From Pavona decussata (taxonomy: Eukaryota), in contig CDRNST010000123.1 of assembly GCA_977016875.1 (NCBI GenBank), positions 5,456,001-5,520,000 on the forward strand: a DNA stretch of 64,000 nucleotides, written 5' to 3'. Below, one piece after another: positions 58,949-64,000 of the stretch. The notes beneath the pieces are model-generated. The model ran no database searches. It saw only the letters and a list, made by a program, of their open reading frames with translations, and had not been told where the DNA came from. The translations under genes were made by a program, and so were the position numbers. The stretch's first letter is position 1. Each line of letters starts with the position of its first letter.

Positions 58949-60586
58949 GACTACGTCCTCGCACCCATTAACCACATGTACACAAGCAGAGAGCACTCAT
59001 CATTTTCAGTCCCTTTGTAATCTCTTTGTCGAACTATATAACTTATAACTTCTTCATTCAAATTTCAAAAGTAAGTTGCTTTGATTTCAAGCATCTTCAA
59101 CCAAAATATTTTTGCGTGAAGTGTTTTTTAAGCTATTAATAATTAAAGGTCCGACTGGTTTGTTATTCACCAGAACGGCGTGAAAAACATCGTTGCTACA
59201 CACCGTTCATTTGCGACTACCAGACCACCAGCTGATGTATTCATTACTGCCACTACTGTGTGAATCTAAAGCCGTGAAGAGGTTTGTGAAACTTGTAAAG
59301 AGAAAACAGAATACTACTTGTGAAGCTCTCAATGGAAACTTTCAGACTTCGATTTCATCGCCATTTTTTTTTTACAAATCGTAGATGTTTTTCAACCAAG
59401 TCTTGGTTTTTGTATTTAAATAATTGTCCATTCAGTCTGCCAGTGTTATAGGTAACCAAATAAATGTTTCCCTTGAGTAATGAAATAACTGCACACGTTG
59501 TTCAAAAGCGAATACTAAGTTAGTTGCTTAAACAATAAACAACAACAGTTACTAATAAGATTTTGCTGTCTGTTGTCATATATTGTTTTGTCCTCGCTTG
59601 GCAGCCGTCGTTGATGTCGTCGTCGTGGAGAAAATAAAAATTCAAAATATAGGAGAGATAAGTGGGGATAACAAATAATTTCAAGTAAATTTTAGCTTAA
59701 TGGATCCAAGATTGACTCAACTTCTATCTAACCACATGACACAAACACAAGGGGAAAACCTGATTGGGCTGTGAACAAGCCCCTTCGTCATATATGGCGC
59801 GCGAAAATAGGCGAACGAAGCAAGCCGGGTGTGAACTGGTAGAATTTGACAGTTTGAACGAATCCGAGCTAGCTATGCGGAGTTTAATAGATTAGTAACC
59901 AGTTTCCCAACAATTTAGCGACGGGCCACCCGGTGTGGATAAAGAGAGTCAACTGGTAGAAGCAGGTGGGTGGTTAAGTTTTTTTTTTAATTTTCTTTTC
60001 CGTTTTTCCAGCATGTTTTGTAGTATTGTAATTTTTATTTTCCATTATGTTCTCGTGCTCGTCTTGTCTTGCCTCGACTAGTTTTGTGGCTATTTGCGGG
60101 ACAAGCAACTTATATCTGAAGTTGTAAAATAAGTTGTTGTTTTTGTTATACAGTATACCTCTTAGTAACCAAGTTCAACAGTACGGACCGAGAAAACGAA
60201 GTCACTAAGATATTTAATATTATATCTCTGAGGTTAATCGGGCGCGCGGAAACAAACTCTTTTCGAATTTAGCGGGCCGTACAGTGGAAGGTGTATATTA
60301 ATGGATCGGAGGGTTCGTGACTTGTCAGTCGACCTAGCGGTTTATAGAACTAAATGAAGGTAAGGTGTGCAAGCCCCGGGGCGGAAGAGGGGGGGGGGGG
60401 GGGTAGGGGGGTTGAGGGAAAGGGCCTCCCCAGAATGCATTGCGGCCGAACTGGCCAGGATTTCACTACTCTTCTATCCGTTCAATGTCAATCGATTAAC
60501 GGGTAAATGGATTGCAACTTGAAACTGAAAATTAGGCCAATATTTTTAAGTTGAACATTTGAGACATGAAAAAATCGCTTAAAACC

Positions 60587-61365
60587 CTATCTTCTCATTG
60601 TTCTGGTAAACGCACTTTTGTACGAATCAAGGCACTTGGTTTTAATTTCGCACAGATTTGACGCATCTCCATCAATTCCCCACAATCCTTTTCGATGCTT
60701 AAACTGCAGCATCTGTAATGTTGGCATGTTATCATTTTGAAGACTTTGCACGCACACCATGTTAGACTTTCTAAGTTTATTCAGTTGATGGACAGCCACT
60801 TGTCTCAGGTTTGTCACTCGCCAAAAGTAAATCACGGGGTTCATAAACGAGTTTATGTAGACAACACATTCTGCAACGATTAAAATTGAAGATATGGCAT
60901 GTTTGGGAATCGCAACCTCGGCAGAAAACTGCAGCAAGCTCAGAAAACGTGCCAGCGGTAAATAGCATAGAACGAACGCTCCCGCAAATGTAGGACTCAG
61001 TTTTCAGAGATTTCATGTATCGCGACATTTGCCAAGCCTAGGAGTTCTATCCCGGCAAGGAACCGGTTCTTGTACATGGTGAAATTCCCTGGCTTGGTCA
61101 TTAATTTGAACATGATGTTGTCGAACGACTCGCGTGATCTTGTAATCTGAGAACCACGCATTGATTCCGATTAAAAAAAAAAGGAAGATCGGAAGAACGG
61201 AAAGCACAGTTCTGACTTTAATGCTCCGAATGTAAGCCAAATTAAACGGCGCTAAGATTGCGCACAAAATCCAGAAAACAGCCACAGCACAAACAACACG
61301 CCGCGGTGACGATTTCTTTGTGGCGAAGGAGAGCCTGAATACAACGCGATGGGAGCCGATCGATG
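60587..61365 (-). pseudogene. Intronless class A GPCR pseudogene (TM3 to C-terminus)
   Basis: IDRL (DRY-like), LRHKEIVT/RRVVCAVAVFWI, YKITRVVRQHHVQI and YINSFMNPVIYFWR (NPxxY) are split over at least three frames; TM1-2 not seen. Confidence 0.8.
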
Positions 61366-61938
61366 GGCTCCTGTTTGTGCGGGCCATATTTTAAAAAGTG
61401 AGTCGGTTGTAGTTTTAGTTTCGGTGTTGTTAACCCTCTCTGAGAACTAAAGTGAATTTCTCATACAAAGACTATACATCGACATCACATTCATGTTATC
61501 AATTAATGGGCTTGGGGTCTGTGAAAAATGACAAAAATGGACCAATACTTCAGTGATACTTGTCAGCAAACTTTTAATTTATTTAAAAAAAGGTCCATTT
61601 TGGTAAAAACGGACTTGAGATGGGCTGACGAGACATTTTATTACCCTGCTAGCAGAGATTTCTCGTATCGTTTCTGTTTTTTGTTATATTTCCGTCAATT
61701 GTGCCTTTCTTCCGCGGTGAAAGGAACAGACATGCAATTTTATGTTTCTGTGACGAAGGTCCGGTTCCCGTGTATCTTGCACTAGGAAGAGAGAGGTCTG
61801 GTAACCAAAGTACGTGTGCAACGAGAAGAAAACAATAATCAGTTTCGTGGCTGGTGAATTTACCTTGAAATATTTCGGTATTCTTTGTATAAACGTCTCT
61901 CATCAATCGCTCAGCCTGCACCTACTGAGAGAAGAGAA

Positions 61939-62022
61939 ATGGCTGGCGAAAATTCGTCTCAAGAGATGAACAACTTTGTGGATGACAGAGAGAGTCTTAT
62001 TCGGCATGATGACGATGGAGAG
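61939..62022 (+). CDS. Probable first coding exon of an unidentified gene (MAGENSSQEMNNFVDDRESLIRHDDDGE)
   Basis: Kozak context gaaATGG, 84 nt open frame, GAG|gtaaat donor; no downstream exon found in window. Confidence 0.5.
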
Positions 62023-62281
62023 GTAAATATTTAGCGGCGGCCATGTTGAATGTACCACAATGAACTCTGCATCTCGTTAAAGCGGATACCCTCCGTACAG
62101 CTCTGCCTGTTTAGTTTAGAGAGTTTTCCGCCATAAAGAGAGTTTAGTTACAAAGAAACAAGTAAATTAGGCCGGTACCAGCCATCCTATTGAGTCTGTT
62201 GAAGAAGTTGCATTCGTGTCGGCCAGCTTCCGTATCTTTTAGCTCGACTTTGGCTATGATCTTTTATTGTAAGCTTACTAT

Positions 62282-62652
62282 TATACCTCCCAACTTTTTC
62301 TGAGTCAAATGCGTGAGATTTTTGTCTCGTCATGACCAGGATTTCCGAAAACGTCCGAGCCACTTCCGAAGATTTCCGACGATTTTCCGAACGTTACCGA
62401 AAATGTCAGAAGATATTCCGACGACCTTTGAACACTGGTGATTCGGGACAGATTGTAGACTTTTGAAAGCTTTTGGAATTGCTATAAAGAGCGAAGAGAT
62501 AATATAGCAAATCTGAAAGGAAATTAAGTTTTTTAAGAACAACTCGTCCGGATTTGAGTCAGGCGTGAGAAATTGTCCTCGATGCGTGAGATCGATGTCT
62601 TTAGTCTGCAGGCGTGAGACTCACGCATTATGCGTGAGAGTTGGCAGGTATA
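62282..62652. mobile_element. TIR element (TATACCTCCCAACT / AGTTGGCAGGTATA)
   Basis: Terminal inverted repeats; similar termini at ~31835-32232. Confidence 0.55.
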
Positions 62653-62989
62653 TACTATTTATTCTTGGCTTGTCAGAACTATGGCTCAATAAGTCTTTTT
62701 CCGAGTATGGCTGGGTCACTGACAATAAATGCATCGATCTATAATTTTATTCAGGCTTAAAACATCACATTTCTTTCACTTAAGCTTGATATACAATGTT
62801 GAAGCAATATATCTTGCTTAGTTTAAAATATACCTAACAGTGTGCAGGATGTTTGTCACATGAACCTAGTCATACAAACTGTCTGCAACATGTAAGTGCC
62901 CGTTTTCAACTGTACATGTAGCTTAATTATACGTGCTTCAAATCTTTGATTACCGACGTGCACGTGTATAGTAAGCCTAACACAATCCA

Positions 62990-63680
62990 GCCAAAACAAA
63001 ATCTGCTACATGTACAACAACGACTAAAACACCTTTTTTATGTGTAGCTTCAAATCTTTAATTTACTTAAGTAGTATACATGTATAGTAAGCCCAGGGGG
63101 GGGGGGGGAGGGTAAGTTGTAACAAGTTGTGTGGGGGGCTAGGGGGGTGTGCTGCTGGGACTCTGAAACCCTGGTTACCCTAAACCAGACCTACTAGTTC
63201 AGCTGCATTTTGCAGCCGTAAACTAGACTAAAGACCAAATGTCCCTACCCTATCCCAGTCAAAACAAAATCTGCTACATGTACAACAACAACTAAAACAC
63301 CTTTTTTAAGTGTAGCTTCAAATCTTTGATTTACGTGGTACACATGTATAGTAAACCCGGGTTGAGGAGGGGGGTGGGGGAGTTCAAGTTGTAACAATTT
63401 GTAGATAGGTGTGTGCTGCTGGGACTCTGAAATCCTTACCCCTTACGACCCCACAAGCTTTCAGCTTTTATATACATCGTGTAGACATAAAGGCAACCTA
63501 CCTACCTACCTACCTACCTACCTACCTACCCCTAAACCAGACCAAGTTCAGCTACATTTTGCAAGCCTATACTGCACTAAAGACCACAAATCGCTACCCT
63601 ATTCGAGACTCGCTATTTTCCAGAAACTCGTTCACTATCACGGTCCAGCCAAAACAAAATCTGCTACATGTACAACAAGA
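62990..63680. repeat. Partial tandem duplications with an (ACCT)n microsatellite
   Basis: aaaacaaaatctgctacatgtacaacaa at ~62993, 63261 and 63651; gtgtgctgctgggactctgaaa twice. Confidence 0.75.
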
Positions 63681-64000
63681 ACTGATAAGATCTACATGTA
63701 ATGATGGCTTAAATCTTACAACTTAGTTTTGAGAGGGAGTTGTTTTTGAGAGATTCCAAGTATAATGATTAAGCTGGAAAGCCTGTAAAGCACAAGACTT
63801 AGTAATAAACTGTCTTTGATTACTACAGTTGATTAGCTATGTTCTTATGATTATAAACATAATCCAATTTAAGATTTTCTTCCTTTAAATTTCTTGGTAG
63901 TTTCTAGAAACACTTTAAATAAGTGTAAAATAGAAATCAGAACAGGTTTTAGAACATGTCAAAACATTAATTTTTGGTAACAAGTAACATTTATTGTGCA

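Overview
Eukaryotic, intron-rich, TE-laden animal DNA; the repeat families and gene style suggest a stony coral or other anthozoan (inference). I assembled spliced genes by hand from GT/AG sites and codon phase. (1) The 5' portion of an anoctamin/TMEM16 gene on the minus strand: 18 phase-consistent exons from 33337 to 6, continuing off the left edge, with a tandem-duplicated Pro-rich first exon at 35097-35354. (2) A complete 5-exon 2',3'-cyclic-nucleotide 3'-phosphodiesterase (CNP-like) gene on the minus strand, with an N-terminal membrane anchor, no C-terminal CaaX tail and a probable GC-AG intron. (3) A complete 4-exon Dickkopf-3-like gene on the minus strand. (4) A frameshifted class A GPCR pseudogene. 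(5) The probable first coding exon of a plus-strand gene at 61939. Introns and spacers hold a ~7 kb Sola3-like transposon relic with a nested AcademH-like element, many MITEs, tRNA-derived SINEs, Crypton and CR1/L2 relics, and satellites. There are also three minimal type I hammerhead-ribozyme motifs: one with an intact core and two decayed, one of the latter just downstream of the Dkk3 stop codon. Most ORFs in the supplied track are spurious or are exon read-throughs. TE family names are from recalled family signatures, not database searches.
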